64,000 nucleotides of DNA from an uncultured Planctomycetota bacterium (GCA_963719315.1 CAVRBU010000002.1:992001-1056000); one strand, 5' to 3'. Positions 52,876 to 64,000 are shown, counted from the stretch's first letter. Notes: generated by a model from the sequence alone, not told the origin. A program made the numbers and translations.

Positions 52876-53332
52876 GGATGTCGCGGACGCGCTAGGCGAC
52901 CGATTCTATCTGCTGCTTGGCGACGCCGTGGCGACGGGTTTGCCGCTTGCCGACCTGTTTCAGGAGATCCACTGATCGAATATGAGCAAACTTCCCGCCG
53001 TGCACACGGGCGTCGGCAAAGGGGTAAGAGGTCCCAGTTACGAACGACCGCAGATTACCAGGGTACTGGCGCGGTTCGGATACCAGTGTCATGAGTGACA
53101 ATTGGTTCGCCGTGGCTTTCGATGCGCCATTCTCAAACGATCATTTGAGAACGCCACTCGCCGGTTCGCCGGAATAGCGGCACGGTAGTCCCAACTGGAT
53201 GCCGTTGCGACATACCTTCGAGAATGGTGCGTGGCGCGAACATTTGGGAATGATCTTCGTGCAGGCAAGGCCGTAGTCGACGAACGGTCGGTTGATGACC
53301 AGTGTCATGCGTTGATAAGTTGCTGGAACTTT

Positions 53333-54830
53333 TTATGTGGCCCGATGTCGTGTGAAACACCAGCCAGCTGCCGCGAATATCAGCATCGCAAGTGTTGCTG
53401 GTTCGGGAACGGTGGCATTTGCACTGACATCCGAGCCGCTTCCGGCGGTTTGACCGAAGTGGGACTGCCATAAGTCGTATCCGTCCGTGCCGCCGTAGGT
53501 TGCTGGTCCTTTGCGCCACAGGACGTAATCGGCAGTGTCTACGATGCCGTTCTGGTTGTAGTCACCGGGAATCGTGCTGGCGATTACCCGCAATTCGACC
53601 GATGTGGCATCGTAAACCAATTGCCAATCCAGGCCCATCGGCAAGTTCGGCAGAGTAGAATTATCGAACTCGAAGTTGACACTCGAAAGTGCGGAAAGAA
53701 TCTCAAATTTGTCGTTGATTGCAGGCGTAAATCCACTAGCCAATTGGACGATCAGCGTGCCAGCCAGCTCGGCCTCGCCGAAGGCTTCGATCGATGGGGT
53801 CGTGAGCGATGTGGCGCTTAATTCCACGGTGAGTGTTCCATTGGCAAGCTGAACAAAATCGTCGTTAATTTCGATGTTGACGGCCGATTTAAGTCGTAAA
53901 TCCCCTGTCGATGGACCACCGATTTGCAATGCGCGGAGGGGATTAATCGGGGAATCGACCGTGACGCTGCCGCCGCCATCGATGAACACGGATGGACCGA
54001 TCGGATCGGCAATCGGCGTCGTGACGGTAATCACGTACATGGCCCAATCCAGGCCGGCATCGTCATTAATCTGCACATTGACCGAACCGGTTTGCAGTTG
54101 ATCTCGGAAAGTGCCGAGATCGATCACTCCGACAAAGGTGCCAGTCGGAGTGATTTCTGTATCCCACCCCATGTCGCTGTAATTCAGCCTGTGGCTCGGA
54201 CTCGTGTCGAATAGCCGGACGAAGTCAGTAACGGAATCGCCGCCGGCCGCTTGTTTGAGGCCAAGAGCCAGAAAGCCGTGGACGACGCGCTCGCCGGCAG
54301 TGGTTTGACGTTGGATCGTGAAAGCCACGTTCTTGTCGCCGGTCAGATCGTCGAGTCCTGTGATCGGTAAAGCGGACGTGCCTTGAATCGCAGTTTTCCA
54401 GGCCGGATCGAGATAGGCCGCATCGACACTGCTGGCACCGTCGTATGTGAAACCGTCGATGTCGCCGACGAGATAGTCGCGCGTACTCACGCGATAGACG
54501 CCGGGCGTCACGCCCTCGTGCCATTGGAGAGCGTCTGTCCAATTGCCGTTGCCACCAACCCAATGGAGAATTTGGATGTCCGCAGAATCGTTCTTTTGAG
54601 CGTCGTAGAGGCTATACGTACCACCGACGGTAACGGGCGAGCCAGGCGAATCGACATAGCCGGCCGGTTGCGGTCCGAACTCCGTGTCATCGATGATCGC
54701 GCCGGTCGAGCCGATCAGCCAGTTTTGAGCCGTGGGCGGATTTTGCACGATAAACCCGGCCGCGGTCGAATTCCAAATCACCATGTTGGCGCCGGACCAA
54801 CCATGCGTTGTGCCCAAGCTGCCTCGCTTG
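53333..54830 (-). pseudogene. 5'-truncated dockerin-like PEP-CTERM protein
   Basis: Begins at HGWSGANMVIWNS..VQNPPTAQNW; ends GDYNQNGIVD...VPEPAT; no signal peptide. Confidence 0.7.
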
Positions 54831-55085
54831 ACTATTCGATTGCCGCCAACAGCACGATATTTGTGGATTCCGACGTAACGGTAAATTCGCTTCAGATCGA
54901 TAGTGCTAACAGTTATGCGATCGCCGGACAAGCAGGATTCTTTCTGGCTGGCGATTCGAGTGACGCTCTGATTGAAGTGCTGCAGGGTTCGCATCAATAG
55001 CAGGTGCCAGCAACTCTCATGACTGATACGACGGTCAATGTCGCCGGCGGCGCGGCGCTGGCCTTCAACGGTCTTCTCAATTGTA
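54830..55085 (+). pseudogene. Internal fragment of a secreted beta-helix/PEP-CTERM-type protein
   Basis: IFVDSDVTVNSLQIDSANSYAIAG...IEVLQGSHQ*QVP...AALAFNGLLN. Confidence 0.55.
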
Positions 55086-55094
55086 AGAGCTGGC

Positions 55095-55442
55095 AGTATT
55101 TCCGACGGCACGTCCCACACGCTGATCATCGGCGAACGCAATATGGGAGAAACGGCTTGAATTGCAGGACTGAGCAATCGATTTGACTGGCCCTGCGATG
55201 CGGCGGGTTTTAAGAACATCCAGTTTGGACTTAACGAGTGCATAGAATTGGATCCCAGTTCCAGCAATCACTGCAGTCAATATGCTAAATCTCGCCCGTT
55301 CAGCAGCATGCACCTAGGCGTTGTGAATTTTGCCTTCGTCGATGGGTCCACCCGTCCGATTGCCGAAGACACGGATTTGGCCGTATTGCAAGCTCTTGCG
55401 ACACGGGGGTTTGGCGAAACGAACACTGATTCTGATTACTGA
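55095..55442 (+). pseudogene. DUF1559 protein C-terminal fragment
   Basis: ISDGTSHTLIIGE, internal TGA, FSSMHLGVVNFAFVDGS. Confidence 0.8.
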
Positions 55443-55463
55443 CCCTTTTGGAATTGAAACATA

Positions 55464-55908
55464 GTGGTTTTCTTTAGCACCCGTTTTCGAATTGGCCTGT
55501 GCCTCACGACCATATTCTGGTGCTTGGCCGCATGTTCCGGTTGCGGGTCCGGCGGGCCGCCTCGGTACGACGTCAGCGGGACGATCACCTTTGATGGCAA
55601 GCCAATTCCGATCGGATACATCAATTTTGAATGCCAATCATCAAGCGGGCAACAAAGGACCGCAGGGCAGAACGGAAATTCACAATGGCAAAATCAGCGT
55701 GACGGGCGGCATGGGCACCTTCGGCGGATCGCAATGGCTGCAAGTCAGTGGCTTCGACGGGCAGGCCCACCAGGGAGAGGAAATGATGATGCACATGGGA
55801 AAGGAGCTTTTCCCCATGGTTCAAAAACAGGTAGAGCTTCCGCTCCGCGACGTGATGCTGGATATTAAATTTCGGGCTCGAAGGGAGCTAGTGTGGAACC
55901 CAAGGTAG
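55464..55908 (+). CDS. DUF1559-associated lipoprotein (frameshift near 55630)
   Basis: SGCG lipobox, RYDVSGTITFDGKPIPIGYINF / GNKGPQG. Confidence 0.7.
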
Positions 55909-55966
55909 AAGTCGCGATCGCCGAGTAGCGTTTTTGCCGCCGAAACAATATGCGCGGAGGACGAGG

Positions 55967-57191
55967 ATGCCGATTTCACGAGTCTTAATGCCACTTACGT
56001 TGATTGGAGCAACAATACTTGCACCTTTGTCAGGTATTGCTCAGCGAGCTGACTTATCGTTGGTCCCGGGCACAGTCATCGCTCACTATCCCAAAAGCGG
56101 CGAGAAGTACGTTGGTTCGCCGGGAATTGCGAGCGTGGGGAATGGCGTCTACTTGGCCAAGCACGACGAATTTGGCCCCGCTTCTTCCGAGTGGAGTTCG
56201 GCGATCACGCAACTTTACCGCTCGGAAGATGCTGGGAAGAGTTGGAAGCGCACGCACACGTTCGACGGGATGTATTGGGCTTCGATTTTTACGCTCGGCG
56301 ACTCCGTCTATTTGATGGGAACCGATAAGCATCACGGCAACGCGGTGATCGTTCGTTCCAGCGATGGTGGTTGGACGTGGACCAAACCGACTGATGCCGA
56401 CAACGGTTTGTTGCTCACGGGGGAGTATCACACTTCGACCGTGCCGATCGTGGTTCACAACGGCCGTGTCTGGCGGGCGATGGAAGACGCCGGCGGAGGC
56501 GACGTTCTGGGGGCAGCGTTACCGCGCGATGATGATGAGCGCGCCGGTCGATGCCGATCTCTTGAAGGCAGCGAACTGGACGTGCAGCAACTATATTAAC
56601 CGCAACCCCGAGTGGCTGGGCGGCAAGTTCAATGCCTGGCTCGAAGGCAACGCGGTCGTTACGCCGGAAAACAAAATCGTCAACATCCTGCGTGTCGATT
56701 ACCCCCAAGGGGGTATCGCGGCCATGGTGCGGGTCAGCGACGACGGACGAGAATCCACGTTCGATCCCGAGCACGACTTCATCGAGTTTCCTGGCGGCGC
56801 CACAAAGTTCACCATCCGGCACGATCCGCAGTCGAATAAATACTGGACATTGAGCAATTACACGCCGGAGTTTCAGCGCGATACGCCGGCCGCCTCAACG
56901 CGCAACACGCTGGCTCTGGCCAGTTCTCCCGATCTGTGTAACTGGACCGTGCGAAGCGTCGTACTTTATAATCCAGATGTGGAGAAGCACGCCTTTCAAT
57001 ATGTCGATTGGCTGTTCGAAGGGGACGACTTGATCGTCGCCTCGCGAACGGCTTACGACGATGGCTTGGGTGGCGCCCATCGTGGCCACGACGCCAATTT
57101 CTTGACATTTCACCGGGTGAAGGATTTTCGCAATTTGGAAATGGCCGACTCGCCGCCCGCATACTTAAAGCGACTTCGTGCGGCGAATTGA
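55967..57191 (+). CDS. Sialidase/BNR-family protein (frameshift near 56500)
   Basis: YVGSPGI, Asp-boxes SEDAGKSW and SSDGGWTW, WLEGN, RNTLAL, FQYVDW. Confidence 0.8.
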
Positions 57192-57202
57192 ATAGTCACC
57201 GC

Positions 57203-58642
57203 ATGGGAGAGGGCGCGTTGGTGCACGGCTGGCCGATCGGGGTTGTTGCAAGTATGCTCGCGACTGCGAGCGCAATCGCTCAGGTTCCGTCCGTACCTTT
57301 AGCGACTACCGTCGACGTGCCATCCAATCCTATCGCTCGCGAAGTGCAACTTACTCGCCAACCGCGCGGCCATATTCTCACCAACATCAACGTTTGGTCG
57401 CCCGACGGCCAGTGGATTGTGTACGACACCCGCTCCGATCCGGCCGGATCGGTGTTCGACGGCCACACGATTGAGATGGTAAATGTCGAGACGGGTGAAG
57501 TGCGTACGCTTTACGAGTCGCGGCATGGCGCGGGCTGCGGCGTGGCGACGTTTCATCCGCGGTTAGGGCAAGTCATCTTCATCCACGGCCCCGAAAACCC
57601 GACGGCCGACTGGCAATACGGTCCCTACCACCGCCGCGGGGCGATAGTCGATTTGCAACGACCGGGTGTGGCCCGGACGCTCGATGCCCGCGACCTGGTG
57701 CCGCCTTTCACCCCCGGAGCGCTGCGTGGGGGGACCCACGTGCATGTTTTTAGCCCCGACGGCGAGTGGGTGAGTTTTACCTATGAAGATCACGTGTTGG
57801 CCATGCTGGACGAATCGGACAGCACCAACCACGAGCCAAACCAGCGGAATATCGGCGTTAGTGTCCCCATCCGCGGCGTAAAAGTTCCCGCCACTCATCC
57901 CCGCAATCACGATGGCGAATACTTCACGGTCCTCGCGACCACCACCGTCCGCGACCCGCAGCCCGGCTCGGACGAAATCTCCCGGGCCTGTGAGGAGGGC
58001 TGGGTGGGAATTCGCGGCTATCGGCGGGGCGACGGCACTTGGCAGCGACGGGCGCTGGCGTTTCAAGGTGAAGTGACAACCGCTGCTGGCGAGAAGATCA
58101 GCGAAGTTTTTGTTGTTGATTTGCCAGAGGATGTAACGGCGCCGGGCGATGGACCGTTGGAGGGGACGGCTACGACGCGGCCCCGACCTCCCCGCGGCAC
58201 ACAGCAGCGGCGAATCACTTACACAGCCGGTCGCAAGCACCCCGGCATTCAGGGGCCGCGGCATTGGCTCCGCTCGTCGCCCGACGGCACGCGGATCGCC
58301 TTTCTCATGCGCGACGATGCGGGAGTGGTTCAGCTTTGGACCGTTGCGCCGCTGGGCGGCGAGCCACAACAAGTCACCCGCGATCCATGGGACGTAGCTT
58401 CGACGTTTACCTGGAATCCGGACGGAAGTTCGATTTCCAACGTTGCCGATGGCAGCGTGTTCATAACGGACGTTGCTTCAGGCCGCAGCCGCAGGCTCAC
58501 TGAAAAACGTAGCAATGAGCTTGCGCCACGCCCGGAGGCGTGCGTCTTCTCGCCCGACGGCAAGCGGATCGCTTACGTGCGGCCCGTTCCATCGGACGAA
58601 GGAACCTTTAACCAAGTGTTTGTGGTGCACGTCAAAAAATAA
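57203..58642 (+). CDS. DUF3748/YidR-like TolB-type beta-propeller protein
   Basis: GHILTNINVWSPDGQWIVYD, TPGALRGGTHVHVFSPDG, PRHWLRSSPDG. Confidence 0.85.
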   Translation: MGEGALVHGWPIGVVASMLATASAIAQVPSVPLATTVDVPSNPIAREVQLTRQPRGHILTNINVWSPDGQWIVYDTRSDPAGSVFDGHTIEMVNVETGEVRTLYESRHGAGCGVATFHPRLGQVIFIHGPENPTADWQYGPYHRRGAIVDLQRPGVARTLDARDLVPPFTPGALRGGTHVHVFSPDGEWVSFTYEDHVLAMLDESDSTNHEPNQRNIGVSVPIRGVKVPATHPRNHDGEYFTVLATTTVRDPQPGSDEISRACEEGWVGIRGYRRGDGTWQRRALAFQGEVTTAAGEKISEVFVVDLPEDVTAPGDGPLEGTATTRPRPPRGTQQRRITYTAGRKHPGIQGPRHWLRSSPDGTRIAFLMRDDAGVVQLWTVAPLGGEPQQVTRDPWDVASTFTWNPDGSSISNVADGSVFITDVASGRSRRLTEKRSNELAPRPEACVFSPDGKRIAYVRPVPSDEGTFNQVFVVHVKK

Positions 58643-58657
58643 CTCCGCAGCGCCCTC

Positions 58658-60514
58658 ATGGAAAGTCACTTCCAAGCGATCGACTGGGTGGTGCTCGTTG
58701 GCTACTTTGCCGCGACGATGGCGATCGGGGCGTATTTCTATCGCCGCACCCGTTCGACGGAGCAGTTCACCGCGGCCGGCCGCTCGCTGCCGGGCTGGGT
58801 TTGCGGGCTGTCGATCTTCGCCACCTTTTTGAGCAGCATCAGTTATTTAGCTTTGCCGGGAAAAACATTCGCCGCCAACTGGAATCCGTTTGCGTTTAGT
58901 CTCGCGCTGCCGATTGCCACTTGGATCGGCGTCACTTGGTTCGTGGGTTACTACCGTAGAAGCGGCGAAATCTCTGCTTACGCGCTGCTCGAACGGCGGT
59001 TTGGCACCTGGGCTAGAGTCTATGCCAGCATGTTCTATCTGCTGACCCAGATCGCCCGGATCGGCGTGGTCACGTATCTGATGGCCCTGCCGATGGCGGT
59101 CATCTTCGGTTGGGATATTCGTCTGGTAATCGTGCTGACCGGCATCTGTGTCACATTCTACTCGTTCATCGGCGGAGTCGTGGCGGTGATTTGGACCGAC
59201 GCCTTTCAAGCCATCGTTCTGATGATCGGCGCGGTGGTTTGCCTCGGTGTATTGCTGTTTGGCGTCGATGGCGGTCCGACCGAGGTATTCCGCACGGCGT
59301 GGGATCGCGGCAAGTTCAGCATGGGGCCGTTCGATGGCTCGCTTTCGGAGATGACTTTTTGGGTCGTACTCGTGAGCGGGCTGTTCATGAATTTGCAAAA
59401 CTTTGGCATCGATCAGAGTTATATCCAGCGCTACATCGCGAGTAGCTCGGACGAAGAAGCCCGCCGCGGGTTGTGGCTTGGGGGGCTGTTGTACGTGCCG
59501 GTAAGTGCCCTGTTCTTCCTGATTGGCACCGCGCTGTTCGTCTTCTACCAAGCGGACGACGGCGAACTCGCGGAAGTCAAGCAGCTTGTCGCCCGCCAAC
59601 GAATCATGCAGTCCGGCGGGTCGGAACAGCTATCGCATCCAGATTATCAGCAGCAATTGCAAGCCTCCACTGGGAAGATCACCAGGTCGGAGGTCGGCGA
59701 CCGAGTGTTTCCGCACTTCATCGCCAAGCACTTGCCGCCCGGACTGACGGGATTGTTGATCGCCGCGATCTTCGCAGCGGCCATGAGCACCGTCTCGACG
59801 TCGCTCAATTCTTCCGCCACGTTGTTGTTGGGCGATTACTATCGCCGCTTCCTTCGGCCGACGGCGGGTGAAACCGAATCGATGCGAGTGCTCTATGCCG
59901 CGACCTTTCTCTGGGGCATTCTTGGCACGGGCATGGCGCTGGCGCTCGTATCGCGCACCGAAAGTGCGCTTGACACGTGGTGGATGCTCGCCAGCTTGTT
60001 CAGCGGCGGCATGGTTGGCCTCTTCCTACTAGGGATGGTCTCCAAGCGAGCCGGCAATGCGGCAGCGCTAGTGGCTGTGGGGATCGGCACGCTTGTTCTC
60101 GCCTGGATGGCTTTTTCGCCAAGCTATTGGGGCCGAGTTGATCCTCAAACCCAGCTTGCACCAGAATCTCAAATTGAACTGCAAACCCAAATCGATCTGG
60201 CACACGTAGTCGCTCCCGGCGACACCGTTTACCTGCATTATCCCTGGATCGACACCTCGCAGGATGCCCGCAAGTCGGCCATCGATGAGCGTGAAGTGAA
60301 GAGTGTCTCCGAGTTCGATTTCACCATTGCCACTCCACTCTTGCACTCGCCGATTGGCTCGATCGCACTTTATCGCAACAACATTTGGTACCGTTGGCGA
60401 AGCCCGTTTAACAACTTGCTGGCGATTGTGTTTGGTTCGCTGACGATTCTGCTTGTCGGCATCGCCCTGCAATGGGTGATCGACCTGCGCGGCCTTCGCG
60501 AACCCAATAAGTAA
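58658..60514 (+). CDS. Sodium:solute symporter
   Basis: SAYALLERRFG, AVIWTDAFQ, DQSYIQRY, FAAAMSTVSTSLNS. Confidence 0.93.
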   Translation: MESHFQAIDWVVLVGYFAATMAIGAYFYRRTRSTEQFTAAGRSLPGWVCGLSIFATFLSSISYLALPGKTFAANWNPFAFSLALPIATWIGVTWFVGYYRRSGEISAYALLERRFGTWARVYASMFYLLTQIARIGVVTYLMALPMAVIFGWDIRLVIVLTGICVTFYSFIGGVVAVIWTDAFQAIVLMIGAVVCLGVLLFGVDGGPTEVFRTAWDRGKFSMGPFDGSLSEMTFWVVLVSGLFMNLQNFGIDQSYIQRYIASSSDEEARRGLWLGGLLYVPVSALFFLIGTALFVFYQADDGELAEVKQLVARQRIMQSGGSEQLSHPDYQQQLQASTGKITRSEVGDRVFPHFIAKHLPPGLTGLLIAAIFAAAMSTVSTSLNSSATLLLGDYYRRFLRPTAGETESMRVLYAATFLWGILGTGMALALVSRTESALDTWWMLASLFSGGMVGLFLLGMVSKRAGNAAALVAVGIGTLVLAWMAFSPSYWGRVDPQTQLAPESQIELQTQIDLAHVVAPGDTVYLHYPWIDTSQDARKSAIDEREVKSVSEFDFTIATPLLHSPIGSIALYRNNIWYRWRSPFNNLLAIVFGSLTILLVGIALQWVIDLRGLREPNK

Positions 60515-60643
60515 CGGCACTGCCGTAGAAACGATGCCTGCTCGTTCCAAGTTCTCCCTACGTCTCAACAGGCGTACCAAGAGTAGCAGCAACTAGCCGA
60601 CTATTGTGGAACACTAGCTAACTCGTCCGGTTAGGAGAAAGAA

Positions 60644-61542
60644 ATGCAACTTAAACTAGGTTCGCACATAGTCGAGCCCGAGAGCCGATATTTGACCCTT
60701 GAATTTCGCGATAGCAGCGATGCAATCAATGAACCCACTGTTCTGCGCGACCGCATTGGCGAGGATGGCTACTTATTTATCCGCGGCTTCCACGATTCGC
60801 AGCAGGTTCTTGCGGCGCGAAAAGACATCTTGCAGATTCTCGCCGATCAGGGGAAGCTCGACTCGCGTTTCCCTCTGATGGATGGCGTGGTGAACTCCAA
60901 TTCGACGCCTGACTCGACATCCGTTCGCGGCCATGAGGCGTTGAAAACCCAATCCCTCAAAACCGTTGTCTACGCGCAAAGGACCATGGGATTCTTCGAG
61001 CGGTTCTTCGGCGAGCCAGCGTCCTCGTTCAATGTTCAGTGGCTTCGTACCGCCGGCCCTGGATCGGCATCACCGATTCATTGCGACATGGTCTACATGG
61101 GCCGCGGCACGAAGGAGATGTATACGCTCTGGACGCCGTTTGGTCACGTGACTCCCGACATGGCTCTCTGGCCATCTGTCTTGGTTCGCATCGCTGGTCG
61201 GAGGTCATCGACACCTACGGCCAGGACGACGTCGATCGCAACGTCACCCCCGGCATCTTCACACACGATCCAGCGGAACTCGTGGATCGCTTCGGCGGCC
61301 GCTGGGCCACGACTACCTTCGAACCGGGCGATGCCATCATCTTGAGCATGTACTTGTTGCACGGATCGCTGGCAAACTTGACCAATCGGTATCGCATTAG
61401 CTGTGACACGCGCTACCAGAGAGCCAGCCATCCCAAGGATGAACGCTGGGACGGCCTCCAGCCTGTCGGCCATCCCGTGATGTGGTCGCCCGGCGTGCGG
61501 TTGGAGCCGGTGGAGAAATCTCGACAGCGATGGGGAATCTAA
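60644..61542 (+). CDS. Phytanoyl-CoA dioxygenase (PhyH)-family Fe(II)/2OG enzyme (frameshift near 61160)
   Basis: DGYLFIRG, IHCD, LWTPFG, FEPGD, LHGS, RISCDTRYQ. Confidence 0.85.
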
Positions 61543-61595
61543 GAAACGCAACGAAACTCATTCTTGAGCACGATTTCCCTTGCGTCGATAGCTAG

Positions 61596-63076
61596 AACTG
61601 GACTTTTGCAAAACGTTAGATCAACCCCAATTGGGCGATGACGTGTTGAGGTTTTCGCGAATCCATGGCGACTTGATGGATGGCCCATTGAAGGGTGGTC
61701 CGCAGCGTCTCGGCAGCCACGGCGCGACAGGCTTGGCCGATGGTCGTCAGCCGTTCGAGCGCCCAGTCCTTCGCACGGTTCTGCTTCAATTGGAGCACCA
61801 AGAGGCTGTACGCGAGCATGACCAGGTGCATGTGCCTTGTCTGGCCCAGGCCACTGCGCAGCTGACAATCTCCCATGCCCAAGTGTTGCTTGCCGTCCCA
61901 ATGGTAGGTCTCGGTCCCTGTCCAACGGCACCGATAGCCACGCACGATGCGCGTCACTTCCCAACGTGTCCGATTCGTCACGAGTATTTTGCAGGGAGCG
62001 TCGTCGCGGCGGCGTTTCCAGATGATCACGATGCGGACCGGATGGTTGACTTGCGGCAATCGCACGGTGCAGGTGAGATACCATTGCCGTGCGTCGCCAC
62101 GACGCAACTCCTTGCGGTCTGGCGGCGGGATGTTGGCGGCGAACTCGTCCGTGCGCACCTCCCGGCCGCGGAACCAGAGCTTGCGGTTACTCTTCAAATC
62201 TCCGATATAAGCGCGGGGCTGACCGAAGCGGTCGCGCTTCGAGTGCACGTAGTTCAGGTTGGCGGCACTGGAAAAATAGCTGTCCCAGGTGAAGTCGCCG
62301 GGAATCTCTCGCTCACACACCCAATCCACCAACTGGCGAAACAGTACGCCGTGATCCTCGAACACCTCGCCGGTGGCTTGACACTGCTGGCGTTTCTTGA
62401 ACCGCCGAAATTCGAGTGGGGGGCACCCGGCAACCTGCTCAGCCGGGTGCCGGGTCGGCTTGCCGCTGCTGGTCACGTAATTGGCGAACAAATAGTCGTG
62501 GGCTATCTTATGCCGCTCCTCGGCATGGTCCCAAAACCAGCCGACGTCTTGGATCAGCTGGCCCTCGTGGTCGATGAGCACATCGTCCACGGCAATCACT
62601 CCCTGGTCGTGATAGCGCGTCGTCGGGTCTTTCTGCAGCAGTTCCAAGCGTCGTTCGTTGAGCTGCTCGGCGCCCCATTCGACCTCCGTGAGAAAGCGGT
62701 TCAGGCACGATTGGTCGGTCGTTTCGGCGAACTCGCCGCTGATCCCGCTGACCGTCTTGTTCGACGCGACCACGAGTCCCGTCAAGTATTCGGCCAAGTG
62801 GCGCCGCTGGGGCTCACCGTGAAACAGGTCCGCGAATTCGGGCAGGGCGTTCTTGATCACTGCGGGAATATCAACGATCGCGGGCATGGTCAGGGTCTCC
62901 AGGTCGTGCGTGCGCCAGGCCGTATTGACCACCATTTCACCGCAAAAATCCATAAGCCAGCAATGCATCTACCAACCCGTCGTACAGCCCCTCGATACCC
63001 AATACAACCTGTGGCACTGGACGCCTAACTCCACCCCAAATTCGACCTTGAAACTCCAAATTGCAAAAGCTCAGTT
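61596..63076 (-). mobile_element. IS701-like insertion sequence
   Basis: IR AACTGGACTTTTGCAA vs AACTGAGCTTTTGCAA (14/16); no clear TSD. Confidence 0.8.
61616..62887 (-). CDS. IS701-like DDE transposase
   Basis: YLTGL, LNRFLTE..W, IAVDD, WDSYF, KSNR, YRCRW..ETY..DGKQHLG. Confidence 0.85.
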   Translation of the reverse strand: MPAIVDIPAVIKNALPEFADLFHGEPQRRHLAEYLTGLVVASNKTVSGISGEFAETTDQSCLNRFLTEVEWGAEQLNERRLELLQKDPTTRYHDQGVIAVDDVLIDHEGQLIQDVGWFWDHAEERHKIAHDYLFANYVTSSGKPTRHPAEQVAGCPPLEFRRFKKRQQCQATGEVFEDHGVLFRQLVDWVCEREIPGDFTWDSYFSSAANLNYVHSKRDRFGQPRAYIGDLKSNRKLWFRGREVRTDEFAANIPPPDRKELRRGDARQWYLTCTVRLPQVNHPVRIVIIWKRRRDDAPCKILVTNRTRWEVTRIVRGYRCRWTGTETYHWDGKQHLGMGDCQLRSGLGQTRHMHLVMLAYSLLVLQLKQNRAKDWALERLTTIGQACRAVAAETLRTTLQWAIHQVAMDSRKPQHVIAQLGLI

Positions 63077-63518
63077 TGATATGGAAACGATCGGCACCGA
63101 TGAAATGCGGCACCGCGTCGGCAGCAAGATTCGCGTCACCAATCGGCACAGCTACACGACTTACAAGCTGAATTCCGCCCATCCGCTTTGGAAGGGCGAG
63201 GACTTCGTCAAGGCAATGGGAATCATCAAATCGGCTACCTGGCGTGGCGTGGACCAGAGAGGCCGCAATCAACAGCCAGAAGCGGTTCTTCAGAATGGCA
63301 AACAATTGTGGGCGGGGACGCTAGCGACCCTACCAAACGTTGATGAAGAGGGACGGGCCTGTCCCCATCGAACCGGGACGGCAGCGTCCCTTTCGAATGG
63401 GGACGGCACGGACTCAGGAACATTTTCATTACAAAACAATGCTCCGAATACTCGCCTTGTTTGCAATGACCAGCCAGTTCCCACCCCCCACCCTAAGAAT
63501 TCACTGGCCATTCGCCTT

Positions 63519-64000
63519 CTAGACTACTTCGGCCGACACGATCTTGTCGCCGCGATCTTTGCCGCCCTTTCGCGGCGTGCCGTTGCCGCCGCCAACTTCG
63601 CTGAAGGTGAACTCCGAGTTGTCGTAGTCGATGCGGATCGTGCTTCCTTCGGCGAACGCGCCCTTCAGTAATTCAGACGCCAGCGGGTTTTGCAGCTCTT
63701 GTTGAATCACGCGCTTCAGAGGCCGGGCGCCGAACGATGGATCGTAACCACGGGCGGAGAGTTCGTCGCGGGCGCGATCGGTGACTTCCAGGCCGAAGTC
63801 GCGTTGTTCGAGCAGATTTGCCAGGTGCTGCACTTGCAGGTCGACGATCTTGCGAATTTGGGAGCGTTCGAGCGGCCGGAAGACGATGATCTCGTCGATC
63901 CGGTTCAAGAACTCCGGCAAGAAGCGCGTTTGCAGCGATTCCATGACGCCGCTGCGCATCTCGTCGTAGGAGCCGCCGGCTTCGAACGTCTCTTGGATCA
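63519..64000 (-). CDS. clpB: ClpB/ClpC chaperone, C-terminal part (5' outside window)
   Basis: FLPEFLNRIDEIIVF, GYDPSFGARPLKRVIQ. Confidence 0.88.
   Translation of the reverse strand, partial: IQETFEAGGSYDEMRSGVMESLQTRFLPEFLNRIDEIIVFRPLERSQIRKIVDLQVQHLANLLEQRDFGLEVTDRARDELSARGYDPSFGARPLKRVIQQELQNPLASELLKGAFAEGSTIRIDYDNSEFTFSEVGGGNGTPRKGGKDRGDKIVSAEVV

Noticed and set aside
54830..55267. N-terminal part of ORF 53333-55267
   Set aside because: Antisense read-through of two plus-strand gene fragments; not a real N-terminus
62853..63671. 272-aa plus-strand ORF and the inverted repeat at ~63360-63405
   Set aside because: The ORF crosses an IS end and overlaps clpB antisense; the repeat is too short to classify
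1..64000. CRISPR array or cas genes
   Set aside because: No regularly spaced repeat-spacer series and no Cas-like ORF seen

Overview
Planctomycete-type DNA (DUF1559, LEPR-like N-terminus, dockerin/PEP-CTERM proteins; Pirellulales-like). Core genes hflX (left edge) and clpB (right edge) flank a ~41.4-kb integrative element (10854-52306) inserted in the 3' end of tRNA-Ser(TGA), bounded by a perfect 23-bp att repeat. The element has a satellite/PICI-like backbone (HTH, primase-Toprim-DUF3987, XRE HTH, tyrosine integrase) and a type I R-M operon with a three-gene TIGR04255-like cassette between hsdR and hsdS. Its ~23-kb cargo is a carbohydrate locus: ECF sigma/FecR, DUF1559, PEP-CTERM and BNR proteins, nagA, and nagB split by an IS66 element that carries an arylsulfatase. 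Main observations: (1) the integrase ORF has no stop before att, so excision would fuse it in frame to a cryptic C-terminal segment at the far end of the island; (2) a candidate toxin/defence triad nested in the R-M operon; (3) a PEP-CTERM 'polyprotein' with an internal sorting signal followed by a signal peptide; (4) an IS66 with a passenger gene. Many single-base frameshifts suggest uncorrected long-read errors, so pseudogene calls need read-level checks. All family assignments are from motif recognition by eye, not database searches.
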